Positions 1 to 9,063 of a DNA stretch of 64,000 nucleotides are shown piece by piece. Source of the stretch: Rickettsiales bacterium (lineage in GTDB: Bacteria; Pseudomonadota; Alphaproteobacteria; Rickettsiales; JABSSG01); the NCBI GenBank assembly GCA_013214525.1, contig JABSSG010000014.1, forward strand, positions 33,232 through 97,231, given 5' to 3'. Made by a program: the position numbers and the translations under genes. Position 1 is the first letter of the stretch, and each line of letters begins with the position of its first letter. A model generated the notes under the pieces. The model searched no databases and had not been told where the DNA came from. It saw only the letters and a program-made list of their open reading frames with translations.

Positions 1-1525
1 AACCTAAAACAACTACTCCTGCTACACTGCATCCTATAATTGTATATTCAGTCCAAGAGCCAGAGCCTGAATTACTATGATGGTGAGTATCATTTGTTGG
101 AGAAATACTAGGATATAATGTGTGTGGTAAATCGGTAGGAGAAATTGTTGGGATTGGTGGCATTGTTGAAGGAGGTGGCGATACAGGTGATGGAGTTGTA
201 TGTTTTGTTGGTGAATGGGTTGTAGAAGAATTAGAGGATGTTTCATTGCCCCAAATAAGATAATCTGCATAACCCGTAGAAGCTCCCATTAACATGTCAT
301 CGTAACCATCTTTATTTGCATCTCCTATACCGCTTAATGATTCACAGTCTAATCCTTGTATTGTAATGCCTTGACTGCTGTTAAATTCACCTAGATCTGT
401 ATTCGCCCAAGAATCCTTTCCTAAAAAAATATATAATGTACTGGTGCCAACAACCCCATCCACAGAAGCACGCATCCCAAAATCATCATATCCATCATTG
501 TTTATATCTTGCAAACCAGTAAGAAGACCTCCACTAACAAGAGAAGCAGAGCTAGTAATTATAGTGGCATTATTAAAATTTGCTAAATTGATATTCGCCC
601 AATTTTCTTTGCCCCAAACGAGATAAGTAATAGAATCATTGGTGCTAATTAGAAAATCATTATATCCATCAGCGTTTACATCACCTGTGCCCCCAATATC
701 CCAACCAACATCATTATAATTATTTGTATCTTGAATGGTGATTCCTTGTGAGATATCGAAGTTTGCTAGATTCATATTTGACCAGCTTGAGTGACCAAAA
801 ATTAAATAACTATACCCAGTTTCAGAAGAGTCCATGTAAAGAGTATTGATCAATATATCATCATAACCATCGCTATTTACATCTTGTAACGCAGTCGCCG
901 CTGTGATGTATGTGCTAGAAAGATATATTGTGATTCCTTGAGAGGAGGCAAGACTAGCAAGGTCTATATTTGTGAGGCTTGTGCCACCAAAAAGGAGATA
1001 TAGTTTACCGGAATCGCTTCCCGTGCCTGTATCAGATGTGCCAATTAAAAAATCATCATAACCATCGTTATTTACATCTCCTGCATTGCTGATGAAATAA
1101 CCAGCTGAATCACCATAATTAGCTCCTGTAATTGTAATGCCTTGAGAGGAATCAAACTTGTCTAAGTCTATATCTTGTAAATTTGATGCACCATAGATAA
1201 TATAACAAACGCCTTGATAATAATCTCCACCTGTAGGCACTCCTATTAAAAAATCATCAAATCCATCGGCGTTTATATCCCCAACTCCTGTAATATGTCC
1301 AATGTTGCCATATATCTTAATTCCTTGAGAAGAGTCCATGTTTGTTGTGTTTATATCTACTAATTTAGTTGTACCCCAAATAAGATAAGCATAACTAGAA
1401 AATTTGATAAAGAAATCAGCAAAGCCATCAGCGTTTACATCACCTGCACTACTTACATAACCACCTGGGTTTATTGTAATTCCTTGTGATGTGGTAATAT
1501 TTGTTACATTTATATTCGTGAGCAT
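1..1525 (-). CDS. FG-GAP (integrin-alpha-like) repeat protein; 5' end complete, 3' end runs off the window start
   Basis: Absent from the ORF track because there is no stop inside the window. My hand translation of the minus strand from ATG 1525..1523 (strong SD agggggaggaga just upstream) stays open to position 1: MLTNINVTNITTSQGITINPGG... It has seven Ca-binding FG-GAP loops (GDVNADGFADF, GDINADGFDDF, GDVNNDGYDDF, QDVNSDGYDDI, GDVNADGYNDF, QDINNDGYDDF, GDANKDGYDDM), most followed a few to about 20 residues later by Y[LI][LIV][FW]G (blade 3 has CYIIYG, blade 7 LYIFLG). Then come an S/T/P-rich linker (PSPVSPPPSTMPPIPTISPT) and a hydrophobic segment WTEYTIIGCSVAGVVVLG. Confidence 0.8.
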   Translation of the reverse strand, partial: MLTNINVTNITTSQGITINPGGYVSSAGDVNADGFADFFIKFSSYAYLIWGTTKLVDINTTNMDSSQGIKIYGNIGHITGVGDINADGFDDFLIGVPTGGDYYQGVCYIIYGASNLQDIDLDKFDSSQGITITGANYGDSAGYFISNAGDVNNDGYDDFLIGTSDTGTGSDSGKLYLLFGGTSLTNIDLASLASSQGITIYLSSTYITAATALQDVNSDGYDDILINTLYMDSSETGYSYLIFGHSSWSNMNLANFDISQGITIQDTNNYNDVGWDIGGTGDVNADGYNDFLISTNDSITYLVWGKENWANINLANFNNATIITSSASLVSGGLLTGLQDINNDGYDDFGMRASVDGVVGTSTLYIFLGKDSWANTDLGEFNSSQGITIQGLDCESLSGIGDANKDGYDDMLMGASTGYADYLIWGNETSSNSSTTHSPTKHTTPSPVSPPPSTMPPIPTISPTDLPHTLYPSISPTNDTHHHSNSGSGSWTEYTIIGCSVAGVVVLG

Positions 1526-1672
1526 GTCTCTCCTCCCCCTTCGTATTTGATTGTGTTTCAACTCTAATCTACACATATTCTGCTTGAAAAATCAATTTTT
1601 GTTTATGGTTAAAGCAAGATTTATTGACCCTTTCTATGGTTAAGTGCGACTATTGAGTTATAAGTATTTTTA

Positions 1673-4204
1673 ATGTCTTACATGAGAAGGTTAATTTTTC
1701 TAATTTTCATCTGTTTTGTAACCTGCAAGATTGCTTTTGCAAGTGATTGTAATAGTGATTGTAATAGCAAGTGTTCAGGAGGGGATGCTTTTAAATACAT
1801 CAAGAAAGATGATAATTCTGATTACAAAGTATGCAATTATTCTACTTATTTTAACTTACAATTTCCTAATAAAACAATAGGCTGGGGTAAAAACTGTGCA
1901 ATCCCAGCAGGAGAACACGATCCCTTGCAATATAGCTGTATTGCAGCTGGTAGCGTTTTTGGTGAAGTTCTTGATACCCTTACGACTGTAGGGATTGCTA
2001 TTGCTATGAGAGAAAACTTTTGTAGTTTCTCGGCAGGAGATCACAAGCTAGAAGGTGCAGTAATCGACAAGGCAATAATTACAAAAAAATGTGGTGGTGC
2101 TAGTGCAAATCAGTCTGCAACTTGTATTAAGTGTCTCTTTAGAGGAATGACCTTTAATGCCAGCACTGGTGACTGCAACCCCCCCTGTGATAGCTCAGAC
2201 TACAATTGTGATACTAAGCTAGATCTAGACAGTTTTATTTCATCAACTGATGATGGAGATACTCCATATTTATGCAACGGAATACCAAACTTGGAAAGAC
2301 CATTGTTAGATGATAGTGGCACACAGGTATACGATCAATATGGTTATCCTGTCTACTGCCCAATCATGAGGTGTAATATTCCCTCAAACGATATCATAGC
2401 GAAATACTACGATGATGTGAATTCCAGAACTGCAATTATGGCTGCTTTTGCTGGAGGAATAGGAGGGGTTGTATCAGAAATTTATGGAAGCTGTTGTGAC
2501 GTAAAAGACTTATATCCAGGTAACGAAAAAGGTGTAGCTTTATGGCAAATTGTAAGACTTAAAGGATCTGCACAAGGTGACCGCACATGTGTAAAAATGT
2601 ATTTTGGAATTGATGGATGGAGTACTATGGCATGTAAGCCAGCAGTCGCAGAAAAACCTACATTTCCTGCTACTGCGTGCTTTATAAGAAATACCCCAAT
2701 TGCTGGTGTAGGAATCAAGTCTCAATGGATAACCCCTATTACGTCGATGTTTATACAAACAGCCACCATGACTTTTGATTCTCTGTTTACAGGAGATTAT
2801 GGAGAAGGAGAAGTTTGTCAAACTGGGTTAACTGATTTTCAAGATAACATGAGAGACATAACAACATTATGTCTTATTCTTTATGTAGTTATTGTTGGCT
2901 ACAAACTAATGTATGGGGCATTACCGCTCAACAAACGCACATTATTTGTTGTCATAGGAAACTTTGTGTTGGTTACGTATTTCTGCTTGGATATGCCAGG
3001 ACAGGACAATAATGGCTTGCTTTGGTTAAGAGATATAACTCAAAGTTTTACACAAACATTTAGCGATCTTATGAGTGAAGCAAGTGCAGGTATTAATTCA
3101 ACTGATAGCTCAAGTGCCCTGTGTGATTTTGGTGATCCGACCATCCCCTCATATGATAGTGGTTTCTCTTACTTGAAAACTTGGGATATTCTTGATTGTA
3201 AAATATTATCTTATTTAAGCTTAGCCTCTCCTACTTATGATAGCTTTTCTGCTATGCAAAATGGTACTCATTTTATGCTAAATGTTTCCCATACAGTGTT
3301 TAATATGATGTGGTCACTATTTTTTAGTGGCAATCTCTTAATACTAGTATTTCTATTTGCTCTTTGGATATTTCTAGTCTCCTTGATCGTTTATTTTGCT
3401 AATTATTATATAGTGGCATTAATCTCTGTGATAATTATGATTTTCTTTGGTCCGATCTTTGTTCCTATGGCATTATTTAAGCCTACAAAACAATATTTCG
3501 ATGCATGGCTTAGAACAATAATAGCTTATACAATTCAACCAGTTGTGGTAGTTGCCATAATTGGCTTTTTCTTAGGCACATTTGATAGTGTAATCTTTTC
3601 TGGGTGTACATTTGAAAAAACGACCTTTTCAGATGGAAAACCTTACTGGACATTCAAAGATTGTGAAGGCAAAGAAGATCAAGAGGATTGTAAAAATTGG
3701 AAATATTGTAAGGAAAGTTATGGATATATTATATCTAATTTAGTGGGAAATAAATACCTCAAAACAAATAATGTTAATGGTGATACAGATAAAATGATGT
3801 ATACCTATAATACCACTGACCACAAACTTTTAGAAGAAATGACAACCTTGCTTGAGGGGTTAATGATAACTACCTTCATGGCGTTTTTGTTTTATTATTT
3901 TATGGAACAGGTAGATGGTTTTGTTTCTGAGTTAACAGGTGCTGCCTCTGTTGGAGCACAGGCTATGAGTCCAAATGCTATTACCGATGCTGCTATAGCG
4001 GTTGCTACTAGAGGAAAATTTGCAAAAGCCAAGCAAGCTATTAAGAAAGCTCGTGCAGAAACAGGAAAAGATCGAAAAAGAGGGAAAAAAGATGGAGTTG
4101 GTGTAAGTGCAAGAAATACGTTAAGATCAGGGGATGTCAGCAATAGTGGTTCTTCCTCTCAATCTAGAGGAGTTGATGTAAATGCATCTGGTGATAAGAA
4201 GTGA
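1673..4204 (+). CDS. virB6: VirB6/TrbL-family type IV secretion membrane protein with large Cys-rich N-terminal domain
   Basis: 843-aa ORF. Signal-like N-terminus (LIFLIFICFVTCKIAFA), then about 380 aa that are Cys-rich (including SDCNSDCNSKC). The polytopic region contains FFGPIFVPMALFKPTKQYFDAWLRTIIAYTIQPVVV, which resembles the conserved VirB6/TrbL block (GPxFxxxxLFxxT+xFFxxW). Basic/Ser-rich C-tail. Size and extensions resemble Rickettsiales RvhB6 paralogues. Confidence 0.65.
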   Translation: MSYMRRLIFLIFICFVTCKIAFASDCNSDCNSKCSGGDAFKYIKKDDNSDYKVCNYSTYFNLQFPNKTIGWGKNCAIPAGEHDPLQYSCIAAGSVFGEVLDTLTTVGIAIAMRENFCSFSAGDHKLEGAVIDKAIITKKCGGASANQSATCIKCLFRGMTFNASTGDCNPPCDSSDYNCDTKLDLDSFISSTDDGDTPYLCNGIPNLERPLLDDSGTQVYDQYGYPVYCPIMRCNIPSNDIIAKYYDDVNSRTAIMAAFAGGIGGVVSEIYGSCCDVKDLYPGNEKGVALWQIVRLKGSAQGDRTCVKMYFGIDGWSTMACKPAVAEKPTFPATACFIRNTPIAGVGIKSQWITPITSMFIQTATMTFDSLFTGDYGEGEVCQTGLTDFQDNMRDITTLCLILYVVIVGYKLMYGALPLNKRTLFVVIGNFVLVTYFCLDMPGQDNNGLLWLRDITQSFTQTFSDLMSEASAGINSTDSSSALCDFGDPTIPSYDSGFSYLKTWDILDCKILSYLSLASPTYDSFSAMQNGTHFMLNVSHTVFNMMWSLFFSGNLLILVFLFALWIFLVSLIVYFANYYIVALISVIIMIFFGPIFVPMALFKPTKQYFDAWLRTIIAYTIQPVVVVAIIGFFLGTFDSVIFSGCTFEKTTFSDGKPYWTFKDCEGKEDQEDCKNWKYCKESYGYIISNLVGNKYLKTNNVNGDTDKMMYTYNTTDHKLLEEMTTLLEGLMITTFMAFLFYYFMEQVDGFVSELTGAASVGAQAMSPNAITDAAIAVATRGKFAKAKQAIKKARAETGKDRKRGKKDGVGVSARNTLRSGDVSNSGSSSQSRGVDVNASGDKK

Positions 4205-4349
4205 TATAAAGCATATGAGTAGCAAATCTAAAACATAGATTATGTGAAGATAATTAAAAATTAATAAAAAGACTTGTTTTACAAAGCAAAAGCAATTATA
4301 GGTTGTTCCGATAGCATCTGCTATAAGTTCAAGTAATAGGGGAGGAAGA

Positions 4350-7103
4350 ATGGTATCTCATATAGATATAGCGATAGTAATTGCTTATATGTTTTTTTGT
4401 TTGGTAGTTGGTTTACTAAATTATGGGAAAATAAAAAATATACGAGATTATACGTTAGGAACAAAATCTTTTCCAACTATTGTATTAATGGTTACTACTC
4501 TCGCAACTACTCTTGGTGCTGAAAAAGTGATAGGCAATGTAGGAAAAATACATAAATTAGGGCTGACCTATATAATACCTCTAATTTTTGTTCCTTTGCC
4601 ATGGTTTATATTAGCAAAAATTATTGCACCTAATTTGCAGACATTTCATAAGCATAAATTTATTTCTTTAAGTGATATTATGGAACATTGGTATGGTGTA
4701 TTAGGGAGATGGTGTACTAATATTATATCTATATTTTTTGCTATTGGTCTTACTGCAATGAGTACGATGGTAATAGGCTACTTACTACATTATTTTCTAG
4801 GTGTTTCAGAAACCATAGGTATGGTTATCGGTCTTGCTGTTGTTACACTTTATTCGGTGTTTGGTGGTATATCCTCGGTCGCTTTTACAGATTTATTTCA
4901 AGCATTAATATTTTTTGTAGCATTACCATTAGCTTGTTTTAAAGGGCTTCAATCTACTGGAGGAATCGAAGCAATATGGAAATCATTGCCCAATAAACAT
5001 ACACAAATACATGATGTTCCTTTATTTGTCAGTTTTATATTGTTTGCATTAATACCTGCTAGTGGAATTCCTTATATACAAAGAGCTTTAATTGCGAAAA
5101 ATGAAAAACAATTCTTGAGAAGTTTTACTGGAGTAGCGATTTTGATTATACCTGTCTTAGTAATAGTGTGCCTAATAGGGTTAATAACTTACGGCAACAA
5201 TCCCAATATAGAATCTGATAAGGTGCTATATTATTTTATAAATAACCATTTGTCGGTGGGTCTAAAAGGGCTAATGATAGCAGGATTACTTGCTTTAATA
5301 ATGTCTACTCAAGATTCATATTTAAATACAGTAAGTGCGTTGCTTGCTCATGACGTTTTTAAACAAAAATGGTCTTCTTTAACTGACAGACAGGAATTAT
5401 TAATTGCCCGTGGTTCTTGTTTAGCTATTTCAATTGCTTCTATTACAATAATTTTTGTAGGCAAAGGTATTATGGAAACTATATGGTTAGTGGTGAGCTT
5501 TGCATATCCGTTAATAACAATACCTTTGATAGCAGGGTTGATTGGTGTACGCATAAGTAAACAATCGTTTGTTGTTTTGATAATATCATCACTTACTACT
5601 ATTATAATCACACGGCTCTTTACAGGTGTATTTGATACAAGAAGTATGTCAGTTGGTATGATAGCTTCAGCAATTGTTTTATATATTTTACACAAAAGAC
5701 ATAAAAGAGAATCTATATTTTCTTTGCCAAAAATTAATGTGACTCAAATGTTTGATAACTTGAGCAAACGAGTTTTAAAGAATTCTTATTCGATCCGCTC
5801 TTTATACACAGTTGGTATGGTTCTTTGTATTAATTTTTTAGTTGGTATATTTTTTGCAAATTTATATTTCTTTAATCCACTTAATGTTTCTTTAGGGGTA
5901 ATGGTGTTTTTACTCCTTATGCTATTATTAAATGAACTTTGGCATTTTTATTTGAAGAGATATTTAATTAATATTTGGAGATTTTGTCTCATTTTAGGTT
6001 TGTTATTTATTCCTTCTTACATATTTTTTGTACATGACTTTCACATTTTTTGGTTATGTAACCTTATATTATCAGCAGTCTTATTTATTGTAGTGAGTGA
6101 TATTATAATTGGTATCGCATTTATAGCAATTGCAGTCCCTCTTGGTTATTTACTGTCTCAAATCTTTTATTCAAATGGTAATTTAATAACGATTGAGTTT
6201 GCCATTATATCATGCCCTGCAATATTAATTGCAATTTCTATGCAGCTGTATGACCGTCATACTATTGCTAAAACTAGCCATAAAGAAATAACGTATGAAT
6301 TAAAAAAAATCATGCAAGAAAAAGTAATGGAATCTCTAAATATTAAAGAAGAATTTCTGAATAAACTTAATCATGAACTAAGAATACCTCTTAGCGTGAT
6401 GATTAATACATCAGATAGTATTTATGAAATGTGGGATAAGTTATCCGACAAAGATAAGAAAAAATATCTTAAAGACGTTGTTGACAACAGGAAAAGGTTT
6501 GAAAGTTATACATTAAACATTCTTGATCTTGCAGATTTAGTACAAAAAAGATTTAAGCTAAATATAAAACCTAATGTTAATTTAGTAAAACTAAGTGAAG
6601 CAGCTATTGATAAAGCAACATCACTTATTGTAGATGCTAACAAGAATCTTAAAATCAAATTAGAAGTAAAAAATGCTAAAATGGCAATTGCTAGCTGTGA
6701 TGAAAAAAGAATACAGCAAGTGCTGAGCAACTTACTATCAAATGCTATTAAATATAGTGATCATGGAATTATAAAAGTACTTATTAAACCTGCTAAAGAT
6801 AAAATAGCAATTTCAGTTTCTGATGAAGGGGTAGGAATACCAAAAAGTGAAAAGTCAAAAATATTTACGCCATTTTTTGAAAGCAGTAGAACTAAAAGCT
6901 CTGCTGAAGGTAAAGGACTTGGTTTATCTATAGCTCAAAAGATAATTACTTTACATCATGGTATTATTAAAGTGAAGGATAATGACAGCAAACATTCAGG
7001 GTCTATATTTACATTTATATTGCCATGTGAGTCTGAGGAAGTAGCAAGTGAGGATGGTTTGGCAACAAAACGTAATCTGGAAGAGTTTAAAAAAGCTGCT
7101 TAA
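4350..7103 (+). CDS. Hybrid sodium:solute symporter (SLC5/SSF) domain - 6 TM - histidine kinase, paralogue 1
   Basis: 917 aa. Residues 1 to about 470 are polytopic and SSF-like (about 13 TM). Residues about 480-640 hold six further hydrophobic helices. Then come the H-box FLNKLNHELRIPL, N-box LLSNAIKYS, G1 SDEGVGIP and G2 GKGLGLSIAQ. SD ggaggaag lies upstream of the ATG. Confidence 0.8.
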   Translation: MVSHIDIAIVIAYMFFCLVVGLLNYGKIKNIRDYTLGTKSFPTIVLMVTTLATTLGAEKVIGNVGKIHKLGLTYIIPLIFVPLPWFILAKIIAPNLQTFHKHKFISLSDIMEHWYGVLGRWCTNIISIFFAIGLTAMSTMVIGYLLHYFLGVSETIGMVIGLAVVTLYSVFGGISSVAFTDLFQALIFFVALPLACFKGLQSTGGIEAIWKSLPNKHTQIHDVPLFVSFILFALIPASGIPYIQRALIAKNEKQFLRSFTGVAILIIPVLVIVCLIGLITYGNNPNIESDKVLYYFINNHLSVGLKGLMIAGLLALIMSTQDSYLNTVSALLAHDVFKQKWSSLTDRQELLIARGSCLAISIASITIIFVGKGIMETIWLVVSFAYPLITIPLIAGLIGVRISKQSFVVLIISSLTTIIITRLFTGVFDTRSMSVGMIASAIVLYILHKRHKRESIFSLPKINVTQMFDNLSKRVLKNSYSIRSLYTVGMVLCINFLVGIFFANLYFFNPLNVSLGVMVFLLLMLLLNELWHFYLKRYLINIWRFCLILGLLFIPSYIFFVHDFHIFWLCNLILSAVLFIVVSDIIIGIAFIAIAVPLGYLLSQIFYSNGNLITIEFAIISCPAILIAISMQLYDRHTIAKTSHKEITYELKKIMQEKVMESLNIKEEFLNKLNHELRIPLSVMINTSDSIYEMWDKLSDKDKKKYLKDVVDNRKRFESYTLNILDLADLVQKRFKLNIKPNVNLVKLSEAAIDKATSLIVDANKNLKIKLEVKNAKMAIASCDEKRIQQVLSNLLSNAIKYSDHGIIKVLIKPAKDKIAISVSDEGVGIPKSEKSKIFTPFFESSRTKSSAEGKGLGLSIAQKIITLHHGIIKVKDNDSKHSGSIFTFILPCESEEVASEDGLATKRNLEEFKKAA

Positions 7104-7133
7104 GATTGCTAATTGCAGTTTAAAAATATAAAA

Positions 7134-7157
7134 TTCTTGTAATCCATTATTTGGGTT
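7134..7157. repeat. Solo copy of family-2 terminal repeat
   Basis: ttcttgtaatccattatttgggtt versus the right end of the full element, ttcttaatccattattggggtt (28201..28222). Confidence 0.45.
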
Positions 7158-7210
7158 AAAAATATCTGCTTTAGAAATAGTTAACATAGATTTTTCTATG
7201 CAAAAAAGTT

Positions 7211-8275
7211 ATGCTAAATAATATATTTATTTTTATAGTAGCTAAAATGACCGTAGAGAATCAAAATTATACGACTGCAGATAAAAATCTTTTCTTGAGC
7301 AAGTCTTTAAATCAAAAAGAATTTTCTAGTCAATCACTTCCTTATGATGCTTCTACTAGAAGATATGAGAGAATAACATCATCTCAAGAAACTTTTATAT
7401 TAATGGATGCTTCTTTAGATAAAAATACTATTAAACCATTCATGTTTATAGCAGACCTCTTATATAAAAATGGTTATTCTGCACCTAAGATATTTACACA
7501 AGATAAAAATCTTGGTTTCTTACTTTTAGAAGATTTAGGCGAGATAAGCTATGCTTCTTTATTGACAAATCCTTCTAAAGAAGATTTAGCAGAAATAGAA
7601 AAAAAACTTTATAAAAAAGCAATTGACCTTTTAATTGATTTACATAAAAAAATAGTCGTCAATAAGATAGAAGTCTCTTCTTATAAAAAAGAATTTCTTA
7701 CTAATGAAGCTGTTTTATTAGTAGATTGGTATATTCCAACATTGACTGGAAGTCCAATTTCAGAGAATTTAAAACAAGAGTATATACAGGCATGGGATAA
7801 AATTTTTAATCATATTTATTATGCTGAATCATGTTTAGTTCTAAGAGATTATCATATTGATAATTTAATGTGGTTAGAAGATAGACAAGGAATAAAAAAA
7901 GTTGGTTTGCTTGATTTCCAAGATGCTGTTAAAGGTTCTTATGCTTATGACGTAGTTTCTCTTCTTGAAGATGCAAGACGTGATGTTAATGAAAAGATGT
8001 CTCAAGAATTGTTGGAGTATTATATAAGTCAAATGGAGATATTGGATAGAAAGAAATTTCTATCTGATTATAAAATACTTGGGACACAACGTAGTTGTAA
8101 AATTGTAGGGATTTTTACTAGAAAAGCAATACGTGATAATGATACAAGATACTTAAAACATTTATCAAGGGTGTGGGGGTATATAAAAAAACATATTAAT
8201 CATCCAATACTTGAGCCTTTAAGGATTTGGTTTCAAAAAGCGAATATTCCTGTTATGAACATTTCTACTTTATAA
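7211..8275 (+). CDS. amgK: Anomeric MurNAc/GlcNAc kinase-like phosphotransferase (APH fold)
   Basis: 354 aa. YDASTRRYERI N-terminal motif, LRDYHIDNLMW catalytic loop and GLLDFQDA. It sits immediately upstream of a MurU-like nucleotidyltransferase, the conserved AmgK-MurU pairing. The true start may be the internal Met (MTVENQ...). Confidence 0.6.
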   Translation: MLNNIFIFIVAKMTVENQNYTTADKNLFLSKSLNQKEFSSQSLPYDASTRRYERITSSQETFILMDASLDKNTIKPFMFIADLLYKNGYSAPKIFTQDKNLGFLLLEDLGEISYASLLTNPSKEDLAEIEKKLYKKAIDLLIDLHKKIVVNKIEVSSYKKEFLTNEAVLLVDWYIPTLTGSPISENLKQEYIQAWDKIFNHIYYAESCLVLRDYHIDNLMWLEDRQGIKKVGLLDFQDAVKGSYAYDVVSLLEDARRDVNEKMSQELLEYYISQMEILDRKKFLSDYKILGTQRSCKIVGIFTRKAIRDNDTRYLKHLSRVWGYIKKHINHPILEPLRIWFQKANIPVMNISTL

Positions 8276-8281
8276 ATTAAA

Positions 8282-9016
8282 ATGATAAAACAAGCATTTA
8301 TTTTAGCAGCAGGTCTTGGCACTAGAATGAGGGAGTTGACTAAAGAAATTCCTAAGCCAATGATTACAGTAATAGGTCAATCTCTTATTACGAGATTAAT
8401 TGATCAACTTATTGCGCATGGAGTAACTAGGATTATTGTAAATACTTTCTATAAAGCTGATTATTTAATAGAGCATGTAAAAAAACATATGGAAAAGAAT
8501 TCCAGTGAAGTAGAAATATTTTTTTCTAAAGAGTCAGAATTACTAGATACTGGAGGAGGTATAGTTAATGCTCTAAAATATCTTAATAACGAACCTTTTT
8601 TTGTTGTAAATAGTGATGCAGTTTTCATAGGAGATGAAAATGTTTTCTCTTTTCTTAATAAGAATTGGGATAGCTCTATGAAAACACTTTTCTTATTAGC
8701 ACCACTAGAAAGAACAATAGGTCATGATGGTAAAGGTGATTTTTTCTTAGGTCCTGAAAAACAATTAATATTACCTAAAGATGATCTTGTTAATCCATCA
8801 CATGTATATATAAGCACTCATATAACTAGACCAGAAATTTTTAAAGATCATAAAGCTGAGCCGATAAAATTGATGGAAATATATAAGAAATTTCTTGATA
8901 ACAATATTTTAGAAAATTCATATGGGATTACTTACCCTGGTCAATGGTTGCATGTAGGGACACCTGAGGCGTTAGATCAAGCTGCTAGCTTTATTACTAA
9001 CCCTGATTGCAAATAA
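8282..9016 (+). CDS. murU: N-acetylmuramate-1-phosphate uridylyltransferase-like nucleotidyltransferase
   Basis: 244 aa. N-terminal FILAAGLGTRMRELTKEIPKPM (the GxGTRxxPxT NTP-transferase signature). It starts 6 nt after the amgK-like gene. Confidence 0.6.
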   Translation: MIKQAFILAAGLGTRMRELTKEIPKPMITVIGQSLITRLIDQLIAHGVTRIIVNTFYKADYLIEHVKKHMEKNSSEVEIFFSKESELLDTGGGIVNALKYLNNEPFFVVNSDAVFIGDENVFSFLNKNWDSSMKTLFLLAPLERTIGHDGKGDFFLGPEKQLILPKDDLVNPSHVYISTHITRPEIFKDHKAEPIKLMEIYKKFLDNNILENSYGITYPGQWLHVGTPEALDQAASFITNPDCK

Positions 9017-9063
9017 AAATTTTCTTAATTCATACTCATTACGCTATAAATCCTAATAATGGA

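Noticed and set aside
34-626. Track ORFs 34..270 (-) and 444..626 (+) as genes
   Set aside because: Both lie inside the long FG-GAP reading frame (a different frame and the opposite strand). Their translations are low-complexity (Q/H/L-rich) with no motifs, whereas the FG-GAP frame shows seven clean repeats.
1-1525. The ~200-nt periodicity as a CRISPR array or satellite
   Set aside because: The periodic units are divergent at the DNA level but conserved as protein motifs in one open frame. There are no identical direct repeats with unique spacers.
5348-5695. Antisense ORFs 5348..5695 and 16851..17228, which share the N-terminus MCKIYKTIAE
   Set aside because: Their similarity simply mirrors the paralogy of the sense-strand kinase genes. 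They are hydrophobic shadow frames with no RBS.
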